Shown piece by piece: positions 18,916 through 28,741 of a stretch of DNA of 64,000 bases (position 1 is its first letter; each line of letters starts with the position of its first letter). Below the pieces are notes generated by a model. That model worked only from the letters and a program-made list of their open reading frames with translations. It ran no database searches and was not told the DNA's origin. Source of the stretch: Sphingosinicella sp. (GTDB lineage: Bacteria; Pseudomonadota; Alphaproteobacteria; Sphingomonadales; Sphingomonadaceae); the NCBI GenBank assembly GCA_052388015.1, contig JBQTIN010000041.1. One strand, given 5' to 3'. Position numbers and translations under genes: made by a program.

Positions 18916-21090
18916 TCAGAATCGGACCCGCACCGTACCGCGCGCCGCGATCGGCGCTCCGGTCGTGATGTTGTTGTCGTTATGCGCGGTCGGGAAATAA
19001 GTCTCGTCGAACAGGTTCTCGACGTTGACCTGCGCCTCGATGCCCTCGCCCAGCTGGACGAACAAGGCGGCATCCACCCGCGTGTGGGAGGGCAGGACGA
19101 CGGTGTTGCTGATCGAGGCGTAGCTCTCCGACTGATGATGCACGCCGAGGCCAACGCCGATCAGCGGGCTGAAATCATAGCGCGTCCACAGCGAGACCTG
19201 ATGTCTCGGCACCTGCGCCACCTCGCGTCCGGCCGGGGCAGCGGCGGTGGCGCGGCGGATCTCGGCCTCCTGCAGCGCGTAGCCGAAGCTCAGCTGCCAG
19301 TTGCGCGCGATCTGGCCGGCGGCTTCGAGCTCGATGCCGCGGCTGCGTTGCGCGCCGGTGAGCACCACCTCGCCCGGATTCGCCCCGGCCGCGCGCGTGT
19401 TGGCGCGGTCGAGCTGATAGGCGGCGGCGGAAACAAGAAGGCCCGGACGCGGTTCCCATTTCACGCCGACCTCGTAATTGTCGAACCGCTCGGGCTCCAG
19501 ATTGGCTCCGGTCACGTCGAGCGAGTTGAACTGGTCGCCCGATTGGGGGAGGTAGGACCGGCTGAAGCTGCCATAGATCGACACCTGCTCCACCGGGTGG
19601 AAGACGATGCCGAGCCGCGGCGACCAGAGATTGTCGGTGCGCGCGGTGTTGACGCCGGTGATGAAGTCCCGAACCCTGATGTCGAAGCGGTCGTAACGCA
19701 GCCCGGCGATCAGCTCGATCGGCCCGATCTCGATCTGATCCTGGATATAGAATGCCAGAATGTCGGCGTCGCTCTCGGTCGCGCGTTGGCCAGTGCCAGG
19801 TCGGAACGTGATCGGCGGGATCGCGATCGGATCGGCGAGATTGACCGTTGTGCGGCGACCGCCCTGGGTCGTCGGCACGCCGGAATCGAAAAAGCCGTTG
19901 AGGCGCTGGTTGCCTGTATCCTGCTGCCCATACTCGAAGCCGGCGAGAATGGTGTGGCGCACCGGGCCGGTCGCTACCTCCCAGATGAGGTCGGTCTGGC
20001 TGAACAGGTTCTCGCGCTGGAAGGCATCGAAATAGGCTTCGATACCGACCTGACGGACGCCCAGCGCATTGGTGGTGACCGATGTCGCCGCGAACGCGTT
20101 GCGGTAGAATTTGTCATAGTCGGCATAGAGCAGCCGGCTGACCAGGGTGAGGTCCGGTGTGAAGCGGTGCTCGATCGTACCGCGCAGGACGTGGCCTTCG
20201 AAGCCGAGATCGTTGACGCCGCGCGCGCCGAAGAAGGTGTCGCGAAAGCCGGCGAGCGGTGGCGCGGGATCGGCGAGAGTGCCGGCGCGCGCCGACGGAA
20301 TGCCACGGTCCACCACCCGTTCGTCATCGACATATTCGTAGGACAGATTGATCCCGGTGTCCGGGCCGGGAAGGAAGCGTAGCGCCGGATTGGCCGCGAT
20401 CAGGCGGCCCTCATAGACGTCGCGATGGTTCGCGAACTCCTCGTAGACGGCGTTGAGGCGGGCGGCGACATTCCCTGCAAGCGGCTGGTTGAGGTCGGCG
20501 TCGACATGCCAGGCGCCGAACGTATCCAGTGAGGCGCTGGCGCCGATGGAGGTCTCGAATAGCGGCACCTTGGTGACGCGATTGATGACGCCGCCGCCGC
20601 CGCCGCGGCCGAAGATCATCCCATTGGGGCCGCGCAGCACCTCGACCCGCTGCAAATTATAGAGCGGGCGGTAATATTGGATGTCGTCGCGCATACCGTC
20701 GACGAAGAAGTCGGCGGTCGAGTTGTTGCCGCGCAACGTGACCTGGTCGCGATGGCCCTCGCCCTGGCCGATCATCGTGCCGGGGATATAGCGCAGCACA
20801 TCCCCGATCGAACGCATCGCCTGGTCGTCGATCTGGCGTTCGGTGACGACGCTAATCGCTTGCGGGACGTCGCGCAGCGGGGTGTCGGTTCGAGTCGCGG
20901 TGCTGGTCGAATCCGCGCCATAATTGTCGCGGGTGCCGGTAACGACGATCACGCCCCCCACTGAGCCTTGCTGATCAGCGGAGGCACTCACGGCCGCATC
21001 GCCAACCGTTGTCGAGTTACCTGTGGCGGCGAAGGCCGGGGTCGCCAGAGCCCACGCGAGTGTGAGACAGGAAGCGGAACGCACGAGCAT
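18916..21090 (-). CDS. TonB-dependent siderophore-type receptor
   Basis: IVVTG, TRTDTPLRDVPQ plug, VEVLRGP, NVENLFD and terminal Phe; Fur-like box upstream. Confidence 0.93.
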   Translation of the reverse strand: MLVRSASCLTLAWALATPAFAATGNSTTVGDAAVSASADQQGSVGGVIVVTGTRDNYGADSTSTATRTDTPLRDVPQAISVVTERQIDDQAMRSIGDVLRYIPGTMIGQGEGHRDQVTLRGNNSTADFFVDGMRDDIQYYRPLYNLQRVEVLRGPNGMIFGRGGGGGVINRVTKVPLFETSIGASASLDTFGAWHVDADLNQPLAGNVAARLNAVYEEFANHRDVYEGRLIAANPALRFLPGPDTGINLSYEYVDDERVVDRGIPSARAGTLADPAPPLAGFRDTFFGARGVNDLGFEGHVLRGTIEHRFTPDLTLVSRLLYADYDKFYRNAFAATSVTTNALGVRQVGIEAYFDAFQRENLFSQTDLIWEVATGPVRHTILAGFEYGQQDTGNQRLNGFFDSGVPTTQGGRRTTVNLADPIAIPPITFRPGTGQRATESDADILAFYIQDQIEIGPIELIAGLRYDRFDIRVRDFITGVNTARTDNLWSPRLGIVFHPVEQVSIYGSFSRSYLPQSGDQFNSLDVTGANLEPERFDNYEVGVKWEPRPGLLVSAAAYQLDRANTRAAGANPGEVVLTGAQRSRGIELEAAGQIARNWQLSFGYALQEAEIRRATAAAPAGREVAQVPRHQVSLWTRYDFSPLIGVGLGVHHQSESYASISNTVVLPSHTRVDAALFVQLGEGIEAQVNVENLFDETYFPTAHNDNNITTGAPIAARGTVRVRF

Positions 21091-21133
21091 TTGGGGAACC
21101 CCTTATTGTCTTGCAACAGGCCGCCTAGTGCTG

Positions 21134-21150
21134 TTGCGAATTATTCGCAA
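21134..21150. promoter_or_regulatory. Fur-like box
   Basis: Palindrome TTGCGAATTATTCGCAA, 43 bp upstream of the receptor start; resembles the Caulobacter-type Fur site. Confidence 0.75.
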
Positions 21151-21273
21151 TATACTTCGTAACGGACGAAGGATGAGGGAGCGCTGGTCGTGATGTGGCT
21201 GCGGAGCCGCGGCTGGCGCGCGGTACTGGAGAGGAAGCGCAAGGCGAAGCTGACGCCGCAGCCGGCGGAATGA

Positions 21274-22626
21274 TCAGCGCGGACTGAGGACGAGCGGCAG
21301 TCCGCCCTTCGGCCTGAGCGTCACCATGCCGGACAGCCGAACGTCGCGGCCCGGCGTCGGCGCGAAGCGCCAGCGGACGAGCCAGTGGGCGAGCACGGTC
21401 AGCGCCTCGGCCATCGCGAAACGCGCCCCGACGCACAGCCTCGGGCCGCCGCCGAACGGGAGATACTGGAAGCGGTGGCGATTTGTCTCAGGCTTGAAAC
21501 GATCGGCGTCGAAGCCGTCGGGATCGTCCCACAGCGCCTTGTGGCGATGGATCAGCCAGGGCCAGATCGAGATGATGTCGCCGGGCCCGACCTCGGCCTC
21601 GCCCAGCCGGTCCGCCGCCACCGCCTGCCGGTCGAAGCGCGGCACCGGCGGACAGAGTCGCATCGATTCCTCGATCACCCGGCGCAGCAGCGGCAGCCGT
21701 TCCGGGAGATCAGTATCATCCTCGCCGGCGGCGAGCGCCTCCCGCGCCTCGACGGCCACCTCGTCCTGCAGGTCCGGCTGCTCGGAGAGCATGAACAGGG
21801 TCCAGGTGATCGCATTGGCGGTCGTCTCGTGGCCGGCCAGGTAGAAGGTGGCGGCATTGTCGACCGCGAGCTCGAACGCCTCGCCGGTCTCGAAGCGCTC
21901 GTGGAGCGCGCGGATCAGACGCCCGAGGAAATCGTCCGGCCCACCGCCTGGGAGACGGTCGCGCACGACCGCTGCAAGAGTCCCGCGCAGAAAGTCGCGG
22001 CTTCTGCGCGCCCGCCGGCCTCGCAGGCTCCACGGCATCAGCGGCAGGCCGAGCAGGGCCTGGAGCCTTTGCTCGCTCACCCCTTCGAGCGCGGCGGCGA
22101 TATGGTCCATCGCCGCCTGGGTGGTCAGCCGCCCATCGCCCGCGAACAGCGCGTCGGCGATGATCCGCATCGTCGTCGCGGTCGCCTCTGCCGCCATGTC
22201 GCGGCGCTCCGCCGCCCAGTCTTTCGCCGCGCGTTTCGCCGCCGCGGCGAAGACCGGGATCAGCGCATCGACCGCCCCTGGCGCGAAATTCGCCGCGACG
22301 ATCTTCCGCTGCTCCCGCCACAAGTCGCCGTCGGAGGAGAGCAGGCCGCGGCCGATGGTCGGCTTCAGCAGCGTCTTGACGATGTCCGGCTTCACATAAT
22401 TGGCCGCGTTGTCGAGCAGCACCCGGCCGACAGCCTCCGGCGTCAGCGGAATATGGACGTTGTAGCCGAACACCTTGCGCCGCATGTAGGGCAGGGTGAA
22501 GGCAAGCTCCGACCAGCCATAAACGGCCGTCCGCGCCCGCTCCCCGACGAACCCGCGCCACACCGGCACCGGCCCGGTCGAGCGCGGCGGATGCGGCGGG
22601 ACGAAGCGGGTGGCGGGTTCAGTCAC
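21274..22626 (-). CDS. Cytochrome P450
   Basis: AGHETT I-helix, ESMR (ExxR), PFGGGPRLCVG heme motif. Confidence 0.95.
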   Translation of the reverse strand: MTEPATRFVPPHPPRSTGPVPVWRGFVGERARTAVYGWSELAFTLPYMRRKVFGYNVHIPLTPEAVGRVLLDNAANYVKPDIVKTLLKPTIGRGLLSSDGDLWREQRKIVAANFAPGAVDALIPVFAAAAKRAAKDWAAERRDMAAEATATTMRIIADALFAGDGRLTTQAAMDHIAAALEGVSEQRLQALLGLPLMPWSLRGRRARRSRDFLRGTLAAVVRDRLPGGGPDDFLGRLIRALHERFETGEAFELAVDNAATFYLAGHETTANAITWTLFMLSEQPDLQDEVAVEAREALAAGEDDTDLPERLPLLRRVIEESMRLCPPVPRFDRQAVAADRLGEAEVGPGDIISIWPWLIHRHKALWDDPDGFDADRFKPETNRHRFQYLPFGGGPRLCVGARFAMAEALTVLAHWLVRWRFAPTPGRDVRLSGMVTLRPKGGLPLVLSPR

Positions 22627-23185
22627 GCGGCCGAAAGGTCAGCATCTCGACGATGTCCGGTGGATCAGCATCGAAACGGCGCAGCGCGGCAAGCAGGCTT
22701 GCGTGATCAGGGAAGCGGCAGTCGAACAGATCGTCCTCCTGCCGGCGGAATGGGGTCGCGCCGGCCGCTTGGGCGATTTCCGTCGTCGGCCCCGGCACGC
22801 AGGCCGGTACGCTCAGGCGGAAGGTGCCGTTGGCTTCGCGCACGAGGACCGCATAGGCATTGCGCCCGCCGCTGCGATCGTAATGAAGCGCGCGGACGAT
22901 CCAGGCGACGAACCTGTCGCGGCTGTCGGGCAGCGGCGCGAAGCCCAGGACCATGACCGTGGCCACGCCCGGCTCCGGCGATTGTTCGGTAATCGTGGTG
23001 AGGCCGTCCGGCCGGATTGCCACCTGGACGACGCCGTTCTGCCGTGGCGCGTTCGGCCCTTCCGTGAAGGTGAAATCATAACCCCCCGCCGGAATCGCGG
23101 GCACTGCATCGGCGGGCTGGTAGAATGGCCCGCCCGTCCAGCAGCCCGCGAGCAGCAGAAGGCCACAGAGAAGAAGGGCGCGCAT
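22619..23185 (-). CDS. Hypothetical lipoprotein
   Basis: MRALLLCGLLLLAGC lipobox; stop overlaps the P450 start. Confidence 0.65.
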   Translation of the reverse strand: MRALLLCGLLLLAGCWTGGPFYQPADAVPAIPAGGYDFTFTEGPNAPRQNGVVQVAIRPDGLTTITEQSPEPGVATVMVLGFAPLPDSRDRFVAWIVRALHYDRSGGRNAYAVLVREANGTFRLSVPACVPGPTTEIAQAAGATPFRRQEDDLFDCRFPDHASLLAALRRFDADPPDIVEMLTFRPRD

Positions 23186-23208
23186 CGGGCGCGACGATAG
23201 CCGGACGG

Positions 23209-26200
23209 TCACTCCGCCGCCAGCAGCCGCTCCGCGCTGCCCAGATCGACCGAAACCAGCCGGCTGACGCCTTTCTCGATCATCGTCACGCCGAACAGGC
23301 GGTGCATGCGGCTCATCGTCACCGCATTGTGAGTGACGATCATGTAGCGGGTCTCGGTCTCGCCGGTCATCCGGTCAAGCAGGTTGCAGAAGCGCTCGAT
23401 ATTGGCGTCGTCGAGCGGTGCATCGACCTCGTCGAGAACGCAGATCGGCGCGGGATTGGTGAGGAAGAGCGCGAAGATGAGCGCGATGGCGGTCAGCGCC
23501 TGTTCGCCGCCGGAGAGCAACGTGAGGGTGGCGAGCCGCTTGCCCGGCGGTTGCGCCATGATCTCGAGGCCGGCTTCCAAGGGATCGTCGGATTCGATCA
23601 GCTCGAGATGCGCCTGCCCGCCCTCGAACAAAGTGGTGAACAGGCTGCGGAAGTGGCGGTCGACCTCCTGGAAAGCGGCGAGGAGACGGACCCGGCCCTC
23701 GCGGTTGAGGCTGCCGATCGAGCCGCGCAGGCGGTTGATCGCCTGGCCCAGCTCCTCGCGCTCGGCCTGGCTGGCGATCCGGCCTTCCTCCAGCTCGGTC
23801 AGCTCGCTCTCGGCGACCAGATTGACCGGGCCGAGCCGTTCGCGGTCCTGCGTGTGCCGCTCCAGCCGGGCGGATTCGGCCGCGACTTCGGCGATCGAAC
23901 CGGCGTCGAAGCCGGCGCGCTCGGGGAGCGAAGGCGGCGGGCATTCGAACTTCTCGCCGGAAATGCGCGCCATCTCGATCCGCCGCGCGTCCTGCGCTTC
24001 GGCCCGCGCCGCCGCGCCGGCCCGCGCCTCGCGCGCCGCGGCCAAGGTCTCGGCGACCTCGGCGAGCCGCGCCTCCGTCGCTTTCAGCTTCCCCTCGCCG
24101 GCGCGCTCGTGCGCGGCGGCGGCCTCGGCGGCCTCGGCGGCGGCGGTCGCTTCGCCGGTCAGGCTCGCGATCTCGCCGTCGAGCCGCTCCGGCGCCGCAG
24201 CGAGCGTCTCGGCCTCCTGCGCTGCCTCGTCGATTCGCCGCGTGACCTCCGCGTGGCGGGCGGTCGCGCGCTCGGCGCGGGTCTTCCAGTCGGCCTGCTC
24301 GGCGGTCGCGGCCTCGGCGCGCTCGCGATCGGCGGCAACGGCGCGGGCATGGGTCGCGGCTTCCGCTCGAACTTCGGCGAGCGCTTCCCGCGCGACCTCG
24401 GCCTCTTCGCGCCGGGTGGCGACAGTCGCCGCGCTTGCCTCGGTGTCGGGGAGGGCGTCGACGGCCGCCTGCGCTTCGCTGAGCGCCTGCGCCGCCTCGG
24501 TACGATCCGCCTCGATCTGCTGGGTGCGCTCGGCGAGCGCGGCGCGGCGCAAGGCCAGCCGTTCGATCTCCATGCCGGCCTGATCCTCGGCGCGCTGAGC
24601 GTCCCGGATCGCGGCGGTCGCCTCGGTCTCGGAGCGCCGCGCCGCTTCACCGGCTGCGCGCGCCGTGTCGGTTGCCGTGCGCGCCTTTTCGCTGCGATCT
24701 TCGGCGTCGGCGACCTTTGCTTCGGCCCCTGGCAGCGCCTGCTCGATCGCAGCGAGCCGGTTGACGCGCACCAGCCGCTCCGCGGCGGCGGCGCCGAGCC
24801 CGTGCGCGACATAGCCGTCCCAGCGCCTCAGCCTGCCGTCGCGGGTCACCAGCCGCTGCCCGACCGCGAGCGCAAGGCGGCCGTCATCCGCTTCGACGAC
24901 GCCGATCTGGGCGAGGCGGCGAGCGAGCGCGGCAGGCGCCCGGACATGATCTCCAAGTCGCTCGCAGCTCGGCGGCAGCGTAGGATCGCTCGCATGCGCC
25001 TGGGCTCCCGCCCAGCGGCGCGGTCCGTCGCCGGCGAGGTCGGCGTCGAGATCCTCACCCAAAGCAGCGGCAAGCGCGCGCTCATAGCCCGGATCGGCGA
25101 CGACGTGGTTGAGCGCCCGGTCGCCGCTCTGCCGGTCGAGGGCCTCGGTCAGCGCCTTCGCCTCGGACCTGAGCGCGGCGAGCGCGGCGCGGGCGGCAGC
25201 GGCGTCGCTCTCCGCCGCGTCACGGGCGGCGGCGGCGGCCTGGCGCTCGGTCTCTGCCTTGGCGAGCGCATCGGCCGCGGTCGCGAGCTGCGTTTCGGCC
25301 TGCTCGCGCGTGCGCCGTGCATCGGCCAGCGCGCGTTCGGGATCGGCCTCGCCGCCAAGCTCGACCGTCTGGGAGGCGAGCCGCGCCGCCCCTGCCTCGG
25401 CGCGTTCGTGGCGCTGGCGGGCGGCATCGCGGGCAGCGGTCGCGACGCGAGCCTGCGCCAGTTCCGCCGCCTCGACCGCGCGCGCCTGGCCGAGCGCCGT
25501 CTCGGCGACCTGCGCCGCGCTTTCCGCCTCGACCGACCGGACGTCGATCTCGCCGCGCCGTGCCGTCGCCTGATCCAGCCGCGCCTGAATCGCGACCAGC
25601 TCCGCTTCGAGCCGCGCCATTGCGGCCGATGCGTCCTCGCTGAGTTGCGCCTCGCGCGCGAGATCGGCGCCGAGCGTCTCGCGCCGCGTCGCCAGCTCGG
25701 CGATCCGCCGCGCCACGCTATCGCGTTCGGCGCGCAGGGCGGCGAGCTTGTGGCCCAGCCCGGACGCATGCTCGCGCGCCGCTTCCGCCGCCTTGCGCGC
25801 GGTGGCGAGCTCGGCGGCGGCGTCGGCCTGGTGGGCGGCAGACGCCCGCTGCGCCTCGCCGGCGGCGGCGACCGCCTGCTCGGCCGCCTCGGCCTCGCGC
25901 CGCGCGGCCTCGGCCGCCTCGGCCGCCTCGCGCCAGCGGGCGAAGATCAGCCGGCCTTCGGCAACCCGGATCTGGTCGGACAATTTGCGATAGCGATCCG
26001 CCGCCCGCGCCTGGCGGCGCAGCGCCGAAGCGCGCAGCTCGGTGTCGGCTAGCAATTCGTCGAGCCTGAGGAGATTGGCCTCGGCGGCGCGGAGCTTCTG
26101 CTCGGCGTCCTTGCGCCGGACATGCAAGCCCGCGACGCCCGCCGCCTCCTCCAGCAGCAGCCGGCGCTCGGTCGGCTTGGCGGCGATCACCGCCGCGATC

Positions 26201-26649
26201 TTGCCCTGGCTGACCAAAGCCGGGCTGTGCGCCCCTGTCGCCGCGTCGGCGAACAGCAGCGCCACGTCCTTCTGCCTGACGTCCCGGCCGTTGACGCGAT
26301 AGGCGGAGCCCGCGCCGCGCTCGATCCGGCGGGTGATCTCGATCTCGCCGACCGATGCGACCGATGCGTCGCCGCCGATATCCCCCGCCTCGCGCTCGGC
26401 GAGCAGCGAAACCTCGGCGAAGTCGCGCGCGGGCCGGAGCGCCGTGCCGGCGAAGATCACGTCGTCCATGCCGCCGCCGCGCATCGACTTGGGCGAGCTT
26501 TCGCCCATCACCCAGCGGATCGCCTCCAGCACGTTGGATTTGCCGCAGCCGTTCGGGCCGACGACGCCGGTCAGGCCGGGCTCGACCGTCAGCTCGGTCG
26601 GCTCGACGAAGCTCTTGAACCCGGAAAGCTTGAGCCGTCTGACCTTCAC
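23209..26649 (-). CDS. smc: Chromosome segregation protein SMC
   Basis: GFKSF, GPNGCGKSN, long coiled coils, LSGGE, LDEVDAPLD. Confidence 0.97.
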   Translation of the reverse strand: MKVRRLKLSGFKSFVEPTELTVEPGLTGVVGPNGCGKSNVLEAIRWVMGESSPKSMRGGGMDDVIFAGTALRPARDFAEVSLLAEREAGDIGGDASVASVGEIEITRRIERGAGSAYRVNGRDVRQKDVALLFADAATGAHSPALVSQGKIAAVIAAKPTERRLLLEEAAGVAGLHVRRKDAEQKLRAAEANLLRLDELLADTELRASALRRQARAADRYRKLSDQIRVAEGRLIFARWREAAEAAEAARREAEAAEQAVAAAGEAQRASAAHQADAAAELATARKAAEAAREHASGLGHKLAALRAERDSVARRIAELATRRETLGADLAREAQLSEDASAAMARLEAELVAIQARLDQATARRGEIDVRSVEAESAAQVAETALGQARAVEAAELAQARVATAARDAARQRHERAEAGAARLASQTVELGGEADPERALADARRTREQAETQLATAADALAKAETERQAAAAARDAAESDAAAARAALAALRSEAKALTEALDRQSGDRALNHVVADPGYERALAAALGEDLDADLAGDGPRRWAGAQAHASDPTLPPSCERLGDHVRAPAALARRLAQIGVVEADDGRLALAVGQRLVTRDGRLRRWDGYVAHGLGAAAAERLVRVNRLAAIEQALPGAEAKVADAEDRSEKARTATDTARAAGEAARRSETEATAAIRDAQRAEDQAGMEIERLALRRAALAERTQQIEADRTEAAQALSEAQAAVDALPDTEASAATVATRREEAEVAREALAEVRAEAATHARAVAADRERAEAATAEQADWKTRAERATARHAEVTRRIDEAAQEAETLAAAPERLDGEIASLTGEATAAAEAAEAAAAHERAGEGKLKATEARLAEVAETLAAAREARAGAAARAEAQDARRIEMARISGEKFECPPPSLPERAGFDAGSIAEVAAESARLERHTQDRERLGPVNLVAESELTELEEGRIASQAEREELGQAINRLRGSIGSLNREGRVRLLAAFQEVDRHFRSLFTTLFEGGQAHLELIESDDPLEAGLEIMAQPPGKRLATLTLLSGGEQALTAIALIFALFLTNPAPICVLDEVDAPLDDANIERFCNLLDRMTGETETRYMIVTHNAVTMSRMHRLFGVTMIEKGVSRLVSVDLGSAERLLAAE

Positions 26650-26678
26650 CTAATCTCTCATGCCCCCGTTCGCGCCCG

Positions 26679-27368
26679 CTATCGGCCGCGCAGCAGCGGC
26701 TCCAGCGACGCCCAGTTGTGGACGCTGCCCGCGATGCGGCCGTTGATCGCGAAGGTCGGGGTGCCGGTGACGCCGTAGTTCGTGCCCGCCTGCTGCATCT
26801 GCAGCACCCGGTCGAGCCCGGCCTGGTTCGAGAGGCAGGCGCGCTGCTGCGCCGGCGTGATGCCGTGGCGCGCGGCGATCGCGTCGAGGCCCGCAGCGGC
26901 GACGACCCGGCGCATCGTCTCCAGCGGCGGCTGGCCGTCCATCGCCTGCTGCTGCGCCGGGGTCAGCGCCTGCATCCGCCCGACCCACTGGCCCTGGCTC
27001 GCCAGGATCGCATGGGTCAGCGGGAAATAGCTTTGCGGGCTGGCGCAGCGGCTCAGGAAGGATGCGGCGAGGTCCAGCCCGTTGAGCACGAAATTGCGAT
27101 ATTCGAGGCTGACCCGGCCGCTGCGGACATGGTTCATCAGCTGCGGCGTTCCGGCCTGCGAGAATTCGGCGCAATGCGGGCAGGTCAGTGACAGGAACTC
27201 GACGATCCGGATCGCCGCCTGTGGATTGCCCATCCTGAAGCCGCCCTCCGGCGTCTGGCTGACGACCTGCGTCCAGTCGCGCTGCGCCGGCCGTGCGGTG
27301 CCCAGCGCCGACGCGGCGGCCGGCACCGCAAGCACCCGCGAGGCGAGCAGGGCGGCCAGTGCGCGCAT
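26679..27368 (-). CDS. DsbA-family thioredoxin-fold protein
   Basis: CPHC and GTPTF motifs; start at MRALAALL overlaps the upstream stop. Confidence 0.88.
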   Translation of the reverse strand: MRALAALLASRVLAVPAAASALGTARPAQRDWTQVVSQTPEGGFRMGNPQAAIRIVEFLSLTCPHCAEFSQAGTPQLMNHVRSGRVSLEYRNFVLNGLDLAASFLSRCASPQSYFPLTHAILASQGQWVGRMQALTPAQQQAMDGQPPLETMRRVVAAAGLDAIAARHGITPAQQRACLSNQAGLDRVLQMQQAGTNYGVTGTPTFAINGRIAGSVHNWASLEPLLRGR

Positions 27369-28135
27369 CAGCCGCCGATCGCCGCGCGCAGCCGCTGCTC
27401 GATCGCGGGCCACGCGTTTACGTCGAGCATCTCGCCATTGAGCACGAAGGTCGGCGTGCCGGTGATCTGCATCGGGCCTGGCGCCGCGGCGCGGTTGGTG
27501 ATCTCGGTCAGCTGCTGCACCGCGGCCTGGTTCGAAACGCACTGGTTGAAGCCCGCCGCCGGCATGCCGCGGCGGGCGAAGAAGGCCTCGAGGTCCATCG
27601 CCCGGGCGAGCGGCGGGATCACCTGCTCGGGGGGCAGCGCCGAAAGCTGGCGCTGCTCGTTCTCGTCGATCGCGGACAGGAACTGTCGCTGCTGCGCGTA
27701 GATCTGCTCGACCGTGCCGAAAAAGCCGCCGTCCGGCTGGCAGCGGGCGAGGATCGAGAGCGCCATGTCCGGCCCGTTGAGCACGAAGTTCCGGAACTCC
27801 CAGCTCACCTGGCCGGAGCGGACATAGGTGTCGCGCAACGTCGCCGTCGCGGCTTCCGAAAATTCGGCGCAGTGCGGGCAGGTGAGAGACGCATATTCGA
27901 CGAGGCGCACCGGCGCGTTCGGATTGCCCATCCGGTAGCCGCCCTCCGGCGTCCGGCTGACGATCTGCGTCCAGTCGCCATTATTGGGCGCCGCGATCCG
28001 GTTGAGCGGCGCCGAATTGGCCGCGCTCTGGCTGGCCGCCTGATTGGCCGCCGCGTTGAGGTCGCCGCCGGGCGAGCCGCAGCCGGCAAGGGCCAAGGCG
28101 AATGCCGAGGCGGCGAGGAAACTGCCTGACTTCAT
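27368..28135 (-). CDS. DsbA-family lipoprotein
   Basis: LAGC lipobox, CPHC, GTPTF. Confidence 0.9.
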   Translation of the reverse strand: MKSGSFLAASAFALALAGCGSPGGDLNAAANQAASQSAANSAPLNRIAAPNNGDWTQIVSRTPEGGYRMGNPNAPVRLVEYASLTCPHCAEFSEAATATLRDTYVRSGQVSWEFRNFVLNGPDMALSILARCQPDGGFFGTVEQIYAQQRQFLSAIDENEQRQLSALPPEQVIPPLARAMDLEAFFARRGMPAAGFNQCVSNQAAVQQLTEITNRAAAPGPMQITGTPTFVLNGEMLDVNAWPAIEQRLRAAIGG

Positions 28136-28701
28136 CTCTTCTTCTCTCCACCTATTCTGCCGACGAGCGGAATCGTCGTCACGGACGGAACGGCCCCTTC
28201 GCCGCTGCCAAGCCCGCGCGCAAGCGATTCCAGACAGGCGCGCAGCTCCGGATCGGCCACCGCCCGAAGCGAGTCCCCGAGCTCGGCCGGCACCGGCCGC
28301 AGCGAGGCTGGTGCGGCTCGCGGCTTCGCCCGCGCCGGCTGAACCAGACCTTGCCGGAACTGCACCCGCTCGATCGCCGCATAGCCGAAGAAACGGTTGA
28401 CCCGCTCGACGATCTCCGGCGCGACATGCTGCATCAAAGTGGCGTGCGCGCCCTCGACGACGAGCAGCAGCGCGCCGCCGCTCTTGCGGCCGGGCGGGAA
28501 GCGGATCGCCTCCGGCGCCGAGACCGACGCGTAGCGCGGCCCGACGATCTCCCGCCAGCGGCTCACCACCGCCGACTGGACGAAGCCGAAACGGCGAAAG
28601 GCGGCGCCGCCGGCCGCGGGGACGAGCTCGCTCACGGCGCGCATTCGCTTCGCCCGCGCCGGCGCGGCCGCCTTTTTCGCTCTCGAACCCGTTCTGGTCA
28701 C
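28132..28701 (-). CDS. DUF721 / DciA-family protein
   Basis: FRRFGF..VVSRWREIVG, IVERVNRFFGY; conserved position divergent from mutY. Confidence 0.85.
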   Translation of the reverse strand: MTRTGSRAKKAAAPARAKRMRAVSELVPAAGGAAFRRFGFVQSAVVSRWREIVGPRYASVSAPEAIRFPPGRKSGGALLLVVEGAHATLMQHVAPEIVERVNRFFGYAAIERVQFRQGLVQPARAKPRAAPASLRPVPAELGDSLRAVADPELRACLESLARGLGSGEGAVPSVTTIPLVGRIGGEKKR

Positions 28702-28741
28702 GCCTGTTTCACCTTGAGGCCGTGCATGGCATAGGCGGGGC

